Shown here piece after piece: positions 1 to 9,634 of a DNA stretch of 64,000 nt (positions are counted from its first letter, which is position 1; each line of letters starts with the position of its first letter). Under the pieces are notes generated by a model. That model was not told the origin of the DNA and ran no database searches. It saw nothing but the letters and a program-made list of their open reading frames with translations. This DNA is from an uncultured Mucilaginibacter sp. Its GTDB lineage: Bacteria; Bacteroidota; Bacteroidia; Sphingobacteriales; Sphingobacteriaceae. The stretch is from contig CBIHRB010000008.1 of assembly GCA_966212355.1 (NCBI GenBank), forward strand, positions 95,084-159,083, written 5' to 3'. The translations under genes were made by a program, and so were the position numbers.

Positions 1-1131
1 AACCTGAATACCACCTCTGTCCGCAGGGCAAATTCTATTGCTTTTGATGTGCGTGAGGCTGGCCGTACCCTGCGCGAAGGGGACCCGATCAACGGTAAAA
101 TAGTATACGACGAACATGGCAAAGCCAAAACCATTCCCGGTTCATTGAAGTCTGTAAAAGCTATCGGCTGGTATATTGAGGAATATGGTGTTGCCCAGAT
201 CTCGATGAATTTGACCAATATCAATATTACCCCGGTACATAAGGCTTTTGATGAAGTGTGTGATAAAGCTGCTGCACGCGGTATCAGGATAACCGGCAGT
301 GAGCTGGTGGGCTTGATCCCTCTAAAGGCGATGCTTGATGCAGGCAAATACTTTTTAGAGAAGCAGCAACGCTCTACAGGGGTAAGCGAAAAAGAACTGA
401 TCAGGATAGCCATTAAATCAATGGGGCTTGATGAGCTTTCGCCGTTTAAGCCGGAGGAACGGATCATTGAATATTTACTGAAGGATAAAGCCGACAGCAA
501 ACTCATTAACATGAGCCTTACCGACCTGGCCGATGAAACCGCGAGCGAAAGCCCGGCACCCGGTGGTGGTTCGATCTCAGCCGCTGTTGGTGCTTTAGGT
601 GTGTCGTTGGCTACCATGGTAGCTAACCTGAGCTCACATAAAAAGGGTTGGGACAGCCGCTGGCAGGAATTTAGCGACTGGGCGCAGAAAGGGCAGCAAT
701 TTAAGAATGAGCTGTTAGCATTGGTTGATCAGGATACCACAGCCTTTAACCAGATCATGCAGGCGTTTTCTCTACCAAAATCAAACGACGAGGAAAAGGC
801 AAGCCGTGATAAAGCCATTCAGGATGCCACCCGATATGCTATTGAAATTCCTTTTAAAGTAATGGAGGCCGCTTTGGATAGCATGGAGGTGATTAAAGCA
901 ATGACACTAAGCGGTAACCCCAATTCCATAACCGATGCCGGTGTGGCCGCCCTTTGTGCCCGTACCGCGGTATTAGGCGCGTTCATGAATGTAAAAATCA
1001 ATGCTTCGGGTTATAAAGATAAGAGCTATGTAGTTGACGTTATTTACCGGGGAAATGAAATTGAGCGGAAAGCGATTGCGCTGGAAGCAGAGATTATTGA
1101 GCTGGTAAATGGAAAGATAGGGTTGGAGTAG
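1..1131 (+). CDS. ftcD: Glutamate formimidoyltransferase/formiminotetrahydrofolate cyclodeaminase (bifunctional FTCD), 5' end outside window
   Basis: Frame is open from base 1. Motifs GWYIEEYGVAQISMNL and ASESPAPGGGS are typical of FTCD. Confidence 0.9.
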   Translation, partial: NLNTTSVRRANSIAFDVREAGRTLREGDPINGKIVYDEHGKAKTIPGSLKSVKAIGWYIEEYGVAQISMNLTNINITPVHKAFDEVCDKAAARGIRITGSELVGLIPLKAMLDAGKYFLEKQQRSTGVSEKELIRIAIKSMGLDELSPFKPEERIIEYLLKDKADSKLINMSLTDLADETASESPAPGGGSISAAVGALGVSLATMVANLSSHKKGWDSRWQEFSDWAQKGQQFKNELLALVDQDTTAFNQIMQAFSLPKSNDEEKASRDKAIQDATRYAIEIPFKVMEAALDSMEVIKAMTLSGNPNSITDAGVAALCARTAVLGAFMNVKINASGYKDKSYVVDVIYRGNEIERKAIALEAEIIELVNGKIGLE

Positions 1132-1147
1132 CGGGGGAATCGAAGGC

Positions 1148-1177
1148 AGACTTACGAAGTTTTTACTTCGTGAGTCT
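1148..1177. repeat. REP-like hairpin AGACTTACGAAGT-TTTT-ACTTCGTGAGTCT
   Basis: 13-bp arms with one mismatch; the same 13-mer recurs at 1290-1302 and inverted at 1427-1439. Confidence 0.85.
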
Positions 1178-1289
1178 CATAAGAGGCCAAAGTCTCTATA
1201 ATATGTTTCTCCTAAATGGCGCAAGTGTAATGCGACTTAATCAATTATTTTTTTGGCGCAAGTATGAGGGGCTGCCTTAGGGCAACTGA

Positions 1290-1439
1290 AGACTTACGAA
1301 GTAATTATGTAGGAAAAGCATAGCGCAGGAGCTGCGGTCATCCCCGTTTACGGAGGGCCGAAATTTTACTTTTAAGCGATAACTTTAAGTTTCGCAATGA
1401 TTAACAATTAAAAAGCAGTTTTTGAAACTTCGTAAGTCT
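1290..1439. repeat. REPIN-like element with perfect 13-bp terminal inverted repeats
   Basis: AGACTTACGAAGT (1290-1302) and ACTTCGTAAGTCT (1427-1439) enclose about 125 bp with small internal hairpins. Confidence 0.75.
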
Positions 1440-1459
1440 GGAAAGAAATTCCCACAAAA

Positions 1460-1491
1460 AAAGCGATGAGTATTAACCCACCGCTTTCTTT
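1460..1491. terminator. Imperfect hairpin, possible bidirectional terminator between convergent ftcD and yfhO-family genes
   Basis: AAAGCGATGAG...CCCACCGCTTT (9/11 pairing) flanked by A and T tracts. Confidence 0.45.
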
Positions 1492-1506
1492 TAAATATTA
1501 AGCTGC

Positions 1507-3987
1507 TTATGCTTTTTTCTTATCCACCGGTTTGGCAGCCGGAGCTTTCTTTTTGTTTTCGGTATAAGCGGCACCACCTAAGGCAAGCACCAGTAGGATT
1601 GAGCCTGCTAATGAAATGTTTTCACCTGTGTAGTATGAAGCCGGGTGGAAAATAAATTCAATTTTGTGGTTACCGATTGGGATCTGAGCTGCACGTAATA
1701 GATAATCGGCACGGAAATAAGGTTTCTCAACACCGTCGATATACATTTTCCAGCCTTTGTTGTAATATACTTCAGAGAATACAGCGATTTGTGATGCAGT
1801 AGAACCACTTTGATAAACCATATGGTCGGGTGAGTAGCTGGTAAGCTCAATTTTGCCTTCGCCGGCACCTGCTCCCAAAGTTTTTTCGTCGATAATGCTT
1901 TTGTATTGTTTATCAACAATAGCTTCATCTTTTGGTGTAAAACTGCTGATGGCTACCATTTCCTGGTCGGCATTATCAGCATATTTAATGCTTTTAACAA
2001 ACCATGCGTGGCCACAGGCTGTTTGGTTTACCTGCATGCCTACGTTTTGTGTTTTTGGATCGGAGTTAATGATGTACTTCACGTTCATCATATCCAAAAC
2101 ATCCTGGTTAATGCTTTTGCTTAATTGATTGTCAACAAGTTCTTCCCAGCGTTTTAACCTTGCGGCAGAGTATCCGCCTAACGATTTATAGAAAAATGGT
2201 GTAAGACCATCGCCTTTGATTGATTGTGTAGCGTCAAATACCCTGAAATCAGGATCTTTATCTTTCATGATAAACTGGTCAACCTCGCGTGGCTGTGGTG
2301 TTTCATTGTCTTGTTTTGGCGCAAAGCTGTCGTGATTTAAATAGCGTTTGTCGATACCCCAAAGGTCAACAAGGATCAGCGCCAGGAAAGCAAGCGATGC
2401 AACAGTTGGATTGATCTTCTTTTTAAGGAATGCCCATGCAATACCAAATGCTATGGCAATGAATATAAGTGACCGGATAGCATCTGCTTGTGCTATCGAT
2501 TCCCTGTCGGCAATTAAAGCGCGGGTAAGGGCAGAGCTATCAGTTTTAAGGGCCTGACCAATTTGTGCAATAACGCCGGCTTGTTGTTCGCTAACACTGA
2601 AAGATAACAGCAATGAAGGTACCACGGCCACAATTAGGACAATGCCACCGGTAATGTAAAAAGCAATTTTTAGTTTTTTAAACAGGCTTTCTTTATCTTC
2701 ATTTATAATAGCTTCGTTTACTGCTAATACAGCAAGGATTGGGAAGCAGAAACCTACAATTGCCAATATTGAGTCAACTGCACGGAATTTATTGTAAAGC
2801 GGGAAATAGTTAAAGAACAGATCAGACAGAAAAGACCAGTTTCTGCCAAATGATAATAGCGTAGTTAAAACCACAGCACCAAGCAACCACCATTTAATAC
2901 GGTTTTTAACAATCATTAAACCCCATACAAACAGTAAACAAATTACTGCACCAAAATAGAATGGGCCGGCAGTAAATGGTTTATTACCCCAATATAAGGG
3001 TAGATAATTGGCCGAAATGCCGGTAACCTGATTAGGGTCGGCTCCACTTGCATTAAGCGCTTTGATTACGTGTGAGTCCGGATCGGTAGAGCCTTGTTCG
3101 CCGCCGCCATAAGCGTTAGGAATAAGGAAAGTGATACATTCACCAACACCCTGGCTCCATTCAAAGGCGTAATCGCGTGCCAAACCGTTATTGGGCTCTG
3201 CAGCTTGCCTTGTGAGATTTGATTTGCCACGGATGGTTTCATTGCCATAGTCGGCAGTACTCCATAATATGGATGCATTTACAGAAACCGCAAGAAGAGT
3301 AGCCGCCGCTATATACCCCAGCGATTTTAGAAAGCTGTTAAGGGTTTTATTTTTGATAGCATGGTAAAGCTCAATACCCACCATGATCAATAAGGCCAGC
3401 ATCAAATAGTACGTCATTTGTATGTGGTTGGCCCTGATCTCTAACGCAAGAAACAAGGCTGTAACCGCGAAACCAAGTAAATGCTTGCCGCGAAGCGTAA
3501 GGATGATACCCGCAAGTATCGGCCCGAAAAATGCTATGGCGAAGGCCTGATTAGCATGCCCGGCAACCAGCAAAATGATATTATATGATGAAAAGGTAAA
3601 CGCTATTGCACCTGCCGCTGCAAGCCATGGATTAACCTTTAACACAATAAACAGGAAGTATGTACCTAATAAGAATAACAATACTGTACCAACAGGGGTT
3701 GGGAAAGTGTAATTTATGGCAGTAACCACCCATGTAGTTAAATTGGCTTTATAAGGTGCCCACACCTGGTAGGTTGGCATACCACCATAGATCTGGTTGG
3801 TCCAGAGTATCGTAGTGTCTTTAGCTTTGTAATCGTTGATTTCTTTTTGGGTTGATAGAGCCCTTGTAACGTCATTGCCGCCTAATGTTTTTCCCTGGAA
3901 AGCCGGGGTTAAAAATATAAAGCAGATCACTAAAAAAATTGCAGCTATGGCAAAATGAATGCCGTTACGCTTAAACCAGTTATTCAT
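1507..3987 (-). CDS. YfhO family multi-pass membrane protein (putative GT-C glycosyltransferase)
   Basis: 826 aa, many TM segments; LWTNxxYGGMPTY, YWGxKPFTAGPFYFG and FSEVYY..GWK..IDG...R.DYLLR motifs. Confidence 0.85.
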   Translation of the reverse strand: MNNWFKRNGIHFAIAAIFLVICFIFLTPAFQGKTLGGNDVTRALSTQKEINDYKAKDTTILWTNQIYGGMPTYQVWAPYKANLTTWVVTAINYTFPTPVGTVLLFLLGTYFLFIVLKVNPWLAAAGAIAFTFSSYNIILLVAGHANQAFAIAFFGPILAGIILTLRGKHLLGFAVTALFLALEIRANHIQMTYYLMLALLIMVGIELYHAIKNKTLNSFLKSLGYIAAATLLAVSVNASILWSTADYGNETIRGKSNLTRQAAEPNNGLARDYAFEWSQGVGECITFLIPNAYGGGEQGSTDPDSHVIKALNASGADPNQVTGISANYLPLYWGNKPFTAGPFYFGAVICLLFVWGLMIVKNRIKWWLLGAVVLTTLLSFGRNWSFLSDLFFNYFPLYNKFRAVDSILAIVGFCFPILAVLAVNEAIINEDKESLFKKLKIAFYITGGIVLIVAVVPSLLLSFSVSEQQAGVIAQIGQALKTDSSALTRALIADRESIAQADAIRSLIFIAIAFGIAWAFLKKKINPTVASLAFLALILVDLWGIDKRYLNHDSFAPKQDNETPQPREVDQFIMKDKDPDFRVFDATQSIKGDGLTPFFYKSLGGYSAARLKRWEELVDNQLSKSINQDVLDMMNVKYIINSDPKTQNVGMQVNQTACGHAWFVKSIKYADNADQEMVAISSFTPKDEAIVDKQYKSIIDEKTLGAGAGEGKIELTSYSPDHMVYQSGSTASQIAVFSEVYYNKGWKMYIDGVEKPYFRADYLLRAAQIPIGNHKIEFIFHPASYYTGENISLAGSILLVLALGGAAYTENKKKAPAAKPVDKKKA

Positions 3988-4072
3988 TTAAGTTTTTTGA
4001 AATGGATATTATATTCCTCAAAAATAGAAATTACAATGAGAATAGGAATTATAAGTTTTGTTAAGGAATAAC

Positions 4073-4369
4073 TTAACAGGTTTGCGCACGGCTGCGCAGC
4101 AGGAAAAACATGGCTATCAGCACAATAATAGATATCACATAAGCAATAACCTGCACTTTGCCGTAATCTTCGCGGTATTTGCGGATGTTGAAAAAGTTGT
4201 AAACGCCCAGCCCACCCATGATCACCCAGTAAAAAGTGCTGATCTTAGTGCAATTGGCAAAAATTTGAGTGGCCACTATAAATACGATGACATTGGTAAT
4301 AATCAGCGTAATAGACTCGGGGGTATTGTTATGGTTCTGCCGCCTGTTAAATACCGGGTTATTGTCCAT
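4073..4369 (-). CDS. Hypothetical small membrane protein (about 3 TM)
   Basis: 98-aa ORF co-oriented with its neighbours; hydrophobic segments. Confidence 0.7.
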   Translation of the reverse strand: MDNNPVFNRRQNHNNTPESITLIITNVIVFIVATQIFANCTKISTFYWVIMGGLGVYNFFNIRKYREDYGKVQVIAYVISIIVLIAMFFLLRSRAQTC

Positions 4370-4379
4370 ATTTATTGAT

Positions 4380-4634
4380 TTATTTTACTTCTTCATAGTC
4401 AATAAACTCACCTTCGCTATCAGGTACGCTGCCTTTTTTTGGTTGCGGAACATGATCAATCCTGATTTTTCCATCAGGTTTTGGGCCTTCGTTATAATTA
4501 CGTTGTTGTTGCTGATATTGCTGTTGAGCTTTGTTTACAACACTTTCAAACAGAAATGGCAGCAGGTAGCGTGCCAGGCTGCGAATAATGTATAATATAC
4601 AAATAGATATGATCAGAAAACGAATAAGAATCAT
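4380..4634 (-). CDS. DUF4834-like protein
   Basis: N-terminal TM, Q-rich linker and C-terminal GEFIDYEEVK motif. Confidence 0.75.
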   Translation of the reverse strand: MILIRFLIISICILYIIRSLARYLLPFLFESVVNKAQQQYQQQQRNYNEGPKPDGKIRIDHVPQPKKGSVPDSEGEFIDYEEVK

Positions 4635-4690
4635 ACTGTTAATTTTGAGCTTACAAATATAAGGTATATAACGTTAAAAATGTTTTATTA

Positions 4691-4801
4691 TGATTTGAAG
4701 ATACCTGTAGCTTCTTTAATTTGAAAATAAGACAATTTGAAGATTTGAAAATTGCCCGATGGTTACATTTTCAAATCCTCAAATCAATAAATTTTCAAAT
4801 T
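4691..4801. repeat. TTTGAAGA/TTTGAAAA short-tandem inverted repeat (family C), empty doublet
   Basis: ATTTGAAGATTTGAAAAT (4735-4752) vs ATTTTCAAATCCTCAAAT (4767-4784), 17/18; outer arms 4718-4728 and 4791-4801. Same family at 58711 and 59774. Confidence 0.8.
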
Positions 4802-6824
4802 AAAACTTCTCCTCCATCATTTTTTCCAAAGCAAACATTTCGTCGCGCAGTTTGGCGGCCAGCAGGAAATCCATGTTTTTGGCGGCGGCGAGCATATCTT
4901 TTTTGGTGTTGTCGATTGATTTTTTCAGGTCGGCTTTGGTCATATACTGAACTATCGGATCGGCGGCAAGTGTCAGGGTATCGGTTTCTACATAAGCCTG
5001 CTGTACACCGCCCTTAAAGTCAACTACCGATGTTTGTTCCATAATTTCCTCGCGCGATTTGCCAACAGTTAATGGCGTGATGCCATGTTGTGTGTTGTAT
5101 GCAATCTGAATTTCACGGCGGCGATTGGTTTCATCTATCGTGATCTGCATCGAATCGGTTATTTTATCGGCATACATGATCACCCGGCCCCTATCATTAC
5201 GGGCAGCGCGGCCTATGGTTTGGATCAATGAGCGTTCTGATCGCAGGAACCCTTCTTTATCCGCATCTAAAATGGCAACTAACGATACTTCGGGCAGATC
5301 CAGGCCCTCGCGCAATAAGTTGATACCTATTAATACGTCAAATTCACCAAGTCGCAGGCCACGTAAAATTTCCACGCGCTGCAGTGTTTTTACTTCTGAG
5401 TGAATATAACGGCATTTAATACCCAGCCTGTCCATGTATTTGGCCAATTCTTCGGCCATGCGTTTGGTGAGGGTGGTCACCAGTACGCGGTCGCCCTTTT
5501 TAATGGTTTTATCTACTTCATCCAGCAGGTCATCTACCTGGTTTATCACCGGGCGAACGTCAATCACCGGATCAAGCAGACCTGTCGGACGGATCACCTG
5601 CTCAACCACCACGCCACCCGATTTTTCCAGTTCAAAATCGCCTGGGGTGGCGCTTACATAAACGGTTTGCGGAGCAAGGTTTTCAAACTCCTGGAAATTA
5701 AGCGGACGATTGTCTAACGCAGCCGGCAGGCGGAAGCCATAATCAACCAGCGAGATCTTGCGCGAACGGTCACCTCCATACATCGCCCTGATCTGCGGAA
5801 CGGTTACGTGACTTTCGTCAATCACCATCAGGTAATCTTCCGGGAAATAATCAAGCAAACAGAACGGCCTTGCACCGGGCTTGCGCCCGTCAAAAAAGCG
5901 GGAGTAGTTCTCGATGCCCGAACAGTAACCCAACTCGCGGATCATTTCCAGGTCGTAATTAACCCTTTCTTCCAAACGTTTGGCTTCCAGGAAACGGCCG
6001 TCATCAATAAACTGTTTTTTGCGGGTTTCCAACTCTTCCTGTATCGCCCAGATGGATTGCAGGAAACGCTCTCGGGGGGCAACATACAGGTTGGCGGGAT
6101 AAACCACCATGTGTGTCATTTTTTCGATGGTTTTACCGGTGCCGATATCAAAGGCGCTTAACTCTTCAATATCATCACCAAAAAAGGAGATGCGGTAGGC
6201 ATAATCCAGGTAAGCCGGGAAAATATCCACAGTATCACCCTTCACCCTGAATGTCCCTCGTTTAAAATCGGCAGTGGTGCGGGCGTATAAAATTTCAACC
6301 AAACGATGTAAAAAAGCATTCCTGCTGATGCGCGTACCTACGGCAAATTTGAAAACCGAATCGGCGAAGTCATCAGGGTTCCCCATACCGTAAATGCAGG
6401 ATATAGATGATACCACGATCACATCGCGCCTGCCCGACATTAAAGCCGAAGTAGTGCGTAAACGAAGTTTTTCTATCTCTTCGTTTATCTGCAGGTCTTT
6501 TTCGATGTATGTATTTGTAGTAGGAATGAAAGCCTCCGGCTGATAATAGTCATAGTAAGACACAAAGTAATTCACCGCGTTTTCGGGAAAGAACTGCTTA
6601 AACTCGCCATAAAGCTGTGCCGCTAATGTTTTGTTGTGGCTCAGGATCAGCGTAGGTTTTTGTGTTTGTGCTATAATATTGGCAACCGTAAAGGTTTTGC
6701 CCGATCCGGTAACCCCTAAAAGGGTTTGGTAGGGGTCGCCGTTGTTGATACCTTCAACCAGCTGCCGTATAGCTTCAGGCTGATCGCCGGTTGGTTTATA
6801 TTGAGATGTTAATTGAAAATCCAT
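4800..6824 (-). CDS. uvrB: Excinuclease ABC subunit B
   Basis: Walker A GVTGSGKT, YYDYYQPEAF beta-hairpin, DESH motif, C-terminal UVR domain. Confidence 0.98.
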   Translation of the reverse strand: MDFQLTSQYKPTGDQPEAIRQLVEGINNGDPYQTLLGVTGSGKTFTVANIIAQTQKPTLILSHNKTLAAQLYGEFKQFFPENAVNYFVSYYDYYQPEAFIPTTNTYIEKDLQINEEIEKLRLRTTSALMSGRRDVIVVSSISCIYGMGNPDDFADSVFKFAVGTRISRNAFLHRLVEILYARTTADFKRGTFRVKGDTVDIFPAYLDYAYRISFFGDDIEELSAFDIGTGKTIEKMTHMVVYPANLYVAPRERFLQSIWAIQEELETRKKQFIDDGRFLEAKRLEERVNYDLEMIRELGYCSGIENYSRFFDGRKPGARPFCLLDYFPEDYLMVIDESHVTVPQIRAMYGGDRSRKISLVDYGFRLPAALDNRPLNFQEFENLAPQTVYVSATPGDFELEKSGGVVVEQVIRPTGLLDPVIDVRPVINQVDDLLDEVDKTIKKGDRVLVTTLTKRMAEELAKYMDRLGIKCRYIHSEVKTLQRVEILRGLRLGEFDVLIGINLLREGLDLPEVSLVAILDADKEGFLRSERSLIQTIGRAARNDRGRVIMYADKITDSMQITIDETNRRREIQIAYNTQHGITPLTVGKSREEIMEQTSVVDFKGGVQQAYVETDTLTLAADPIVQYMTKADLKKSIDNTKKDMLAAAKNMDFLLAAKLRDEMFALEKMMEEKF

Positions 6825-6930
6825 GTTGTTATGTAAAAATACAAATAATCCAGAAACAGGGTTTGTAAATCAAAATAAGTACATGGTAATGACAACCGTA
6901 TGTCAACATTGTTGGATTTGGGGTGATAAA

Positions 6931-7410
6931 TTACCTCTCGGCCTTTAAACGCAACGCCCTATCCAAAAAACTCTGCTGCTTTATTTTCTCTTCGGCTTCA
7001 ATAATAGCCTTCATCAGGTTGTTTTGGGTATCGGCAATTTCCGCGGCGGCCGCTTTCATAATTTCCCAAACGGGTTTCATGCGCACAATAAGTTCCTGGC
7101 CTTTTGTTGTTAACATGATAAGCCGTTTCCTTTCGTCGGCCTTGTCCTTTTTTGATCGGATCAATTTCTCTTTTTCCAATTCTTTTAACAGGCTGATGGT
7201 GGAAGGGTGGGTGTAGCCAATTTCAGCGGCGATTTCCACTACGCTTAAAAGCGGCTTAAAATGTAAAGTGTAAATAACAGGGAACCATTTGGGTTCAAAA
7301 TCAATATTACTGGCTTTGTATACAAGTACACCGTCTTTGCGCAGCTGCTCGGCCAGGCGCTGGAGCCTTGTTGAAATTGCTAAAATTCCCGATTCGTCAA
7401 TAACATTCAT
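6931..7410 (-). CDS. MarR family transcriptional regulator
   Basis: wHTH with THPSTISLLKELEK and DKADERKRLIMLT. Confidence 0.9.
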   Translation of the reverse strand: MNVIDESGILAISTRLQRLAEQLRKDGVLVYKASNIDFEPKWFPVIYTLHFKPLLSVVEIAAEIGYTHPSTISLLKELEKEKLIRSKKDKADERKRLIMLTTKGQELIVRMKPVWEIMKAAAAEIADTQNNLMKAIIEAEEKIKQQSFLDRALRLKAER

Positions 7411-7420
7411 TATACCGCTG

Positions 7421-7933
7421 TTAATTGTTCAAATGTAACTGATAAAAAATGGTATCTGCAGCCATAAGCGGGAATGATTCAGGCAAATCCTGCTTGGCAA
7501 GGCGGGTAAAGCCATTTTTTTCATAAAAGCGATGAGCGGCTTTCAGCATCTCAACTGTGCCTAAATAAATGTCGGTAATGTTGTTGCGTTTACAATAATC
7601 AATAAGATTATTAAGTAGTAACTGTGCGATGCCCAGCTCCTTTCCCCGGTATTCTTTAAGCACAAACATTTTGCGTATGGCGGCTGCATTGTTGCCAAAA
7701 GCAATAAGGGCAATGGTGCCAACAAGTTGCTCGTTATAAATCGCTCCCCAAAAGTTACCGCCGGTTTGATGATAGTTGGTTTCAATATCAAGCAGGTCGG
7801 GCTGGGCTTCGAGCGTGATCGGCACATTAAATTCTATTTGCTGAATTGGTAAAATGATATCAATGATCTGCTGGCAATAAGTATTGTTGAGTGAGCTGAT
7901 AACAGGTGTAGTATCCATGACTTTAATATTCAT
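7421..7933 (-). CDS. GNAT family N-acetyltransferase
   Basis: IRKMFVLKEYRG..LGIAQLL and AHRFYEKNGF motifs. ATG at 7933 preferred over TTG at 7939, which overlaps the -7 box. Confidence 0.9.
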   Translation of the reverse strand: MNIKVMDTTPVISSLNNTYCQQIIDIILPIQQIEFNVPITLEAQPDLLDIETNYHQTGGNFWGAIYNEQLVGTIALIAFGNNAAAIRKMFVLKEYRGKELGIAQLLLNNLIDYCKRNNITDIYLGTVEMLKAAHRFYEKNGFTRLAKQDLPESFPLMAADTIFYQLHLNN

Positions 7934-7936
7934 GTA

Positions 7937-7960
7937 CAAATCTACGTAGTTAACTACATA
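7937..7960 (-). promoter_or_regulatory. Bacteroidetes -7 promoter box (TAGATTTG) plus palindromic operator GTAGTTAACTAC
   Basis: CAAATCTA at 7937-7944 is TAGATTTG on the minus strand; perfect 12-bp palindrome at 7946-7957. Confidence 0.7.
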
Positions 7961-8050
7961 TATTCAAAATTTATTATCCTTGCCATGGTGCAGTATGACA
8001 TTTAATAAACAAATAGTGATGCTATTGCTCAAAAACGCTTAAATTTAAGC

Positions 8051-8695
8051 ATGATTTTCATCCTCAATAAAACCGATACCATTGCCAACCAGTTTCTGGC
8101 CGAATTACGGGATGCCGTTATTCAGCAGGATAAGGCACGTTTCAGGCGAAACCAGGAAAAGTTAGGAGCCGTATTGGCTTATGAGCTGAGCAAATCATTA
8201 CATTACGAAACCAAAGAAATTCAAACCCCCTTAGGTACAGCCAGTGTTAATATGCCGGCCGATGAACCGGTGCTGGGTATTATATTGCGGGCAGGGCTCC
8301 CTTTTCACCAGGGTTTTATGCAGTTTTTCGACCGGTCACCTTCTGCATTTATCACAGCCTATCGCAAGGTGAAACGTAACGGCAGCTTTTTGATCCAGGT
8401 TGATCATATCTCAACCCCAAACCTTGATGACAAGATCTTTATTTTGTGTGATACGATGCTGGCCACCGGGCAAAGTATAGTATCTGTTTGTAAGGAATTG
8501 ATGGCGCAGTATAAAATAAAGGAACTACACATTGCCGCGGTAATTGCCAGCACCGAAGGGGTGGCGCATGTTAAAGCAAACCTGCCAAAGGCCAAGCTGT
8601 GGCTCTGCGCGGTGGATGATGAGATGACCAGCAAAGCCTATATCGTGCCTGGTTTGGGCGATGCGGGGGATTTGGCTTTTGGGGAAAAAGTGTAG
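8051..8695 (+). CDS. upp: Uracil phosphoribosyltransferase
   Basis: ILRAG, PRPP-binding DTMLATGQS and YIVPGLGDAGD motifs. Confidence 0.95.
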   Translation: MIFILNKTDTIANQFLAELRDAVIQQDKARFRRNQEKLGAVLAYELSKSLHYETKEIQTPLGTASVNMPADEPVLGIILRAGLPFHQGFMQFFDRSPSAFITAYRKVKRNGSFLIQVDHISTPNLDDKIFILCDTMLATGQSIVSVCKELMAQYKIKELHIAAVIASTEGVAHVKANLPKAKLWLCAVDDEMTSKAYIVPGLGDAGDLAFGEKV

Positions 8696-8698
8696 TTT

Positions 8699-8897
8699 GA
8701 TTTCGGATGTCGAATGTTCGATTTGGGATTTGTTTTGATTTCGAATTTCGGAAGTTCGATTTCGGATTTAGTAATTAAGATTTTCTAATTTTGAGTTTTC
8801 GATTTTTGAATCAAGGAATAAAACAATTTCGAAATCGAAAATCCGAAATCCGACATGAAATGATTAATTCCGAAATCGAACATCCGAAATCCGACAT
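8699..8897. repeat. Heptamer (GATTTCG / CGAAATC) tandem arrays in inverted arrangement (family D)
   Basis: Left arrays 8699-8731 and 8737-8769; right inverted arrays 8826-8856 and 8867-8897. Confidence 0.85.
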
Positions 8898-9588
8898 AAA
8901 GTATAAACACATCTTCTTTGATCTCGATCATACTATCTGGGATTTCGATAAAAATGCAGAGGAGGCCCTGCATGAGCTGTATGTTATTCACCAGCTTGGT
9001 GAAATAGGGCTGCAATCGGCCGAGCTGTTCATCGAAACGTATACCCGCAACAATCACCGCCTCTGGGCGCAGTATCATATCGGCGAGATCTCCAAAGATG
9101 AATTACGCGAGGCCCGTTTCAAATCAACCTTTACTGATCTTGGCCTTCACCCCGATCTGATGCCCGTTGATTTTGAGGATGCTTACGTAAAACTTTGCCC
9201 CACCAAAACCAACTTGTTTCCGCATGCGCACGAAACATTGCAATACCTGCAATCAAAATATACCCTGCACCTCATCTCGAACGGGTTTAAAGATTCAACG
9301 CGGATAAAAATAGCAGGAACCGATCTTGCCAAATATTTTCAGAACATTATTATCTCCGAAGATGTGGGTGTTAACAAGCCGGACAAAGCCATATTTCAAC
9401 ATGCACTTGACCTGGCCGGGGCATCAAAAGCCGAAAGCGTAATGATAGGAGACAGTATTGAAGCTGATATCCGCGGGGCGCTTAATTTTGGAATGGATGC
9501 GATTTATTTTAATCCTTTTAATGCGGAAAAACCTCAGGATGTAACAGTGCAGGTTGCTCATTTAAAAGAGTTAACTTTAATTTTATGA
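8860..9588 (+). CDS. yjjG: YjjG family noncanonical pyrimidine nucleotidase (HAD superfamily)
   Basis: DLDHT motif I, GVNKPD and MIGDSIEADI. ATG 8860 chosen; the TTG at 8791 reads through repeat sequence. Confidence 0.9.
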   Translation: MINSEIEHPKSDIKYKHIFFDLDHTIWDFDKNAEEALHELYVIHQLGEIGLQSAELFIETYTRNNHRLWAQYHIGEISKDELREARFKSTFTDLGLHPDLMPVDFEDAYVKLCPTKTNLFPHAHETLQYLQSKYTLHLISNGFKDSTRIKIAGTDLAKYFQNIIISEDVGVNKPDKAIFQHALDLAGASKAESVMIGDSIEADIRGALNFGMDAIYFNPFNAEKPQDVTVQVAHLKELTLIL

Positions 9589-9634
9589 GTATTATCTGCT
9601 ATTAATACAAACGATTATTTGTTTAAATTTGTTT

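Noticed and set aside
6825-6930. SOS/LexA operator upstream of uvrB (and ruvA)
   Set aside because: Only short weak palindromes (TGACA-N6-TGTCA); no convincing recognised motif.
8699-8897. Periodic repeats as a possible CRISPR array (also 47431-47993, 28722-29096)
   Set aside because: No constant repeat/unique spacer alternation, arms are inverted and 7-bp periodic, and no cas genes are present.
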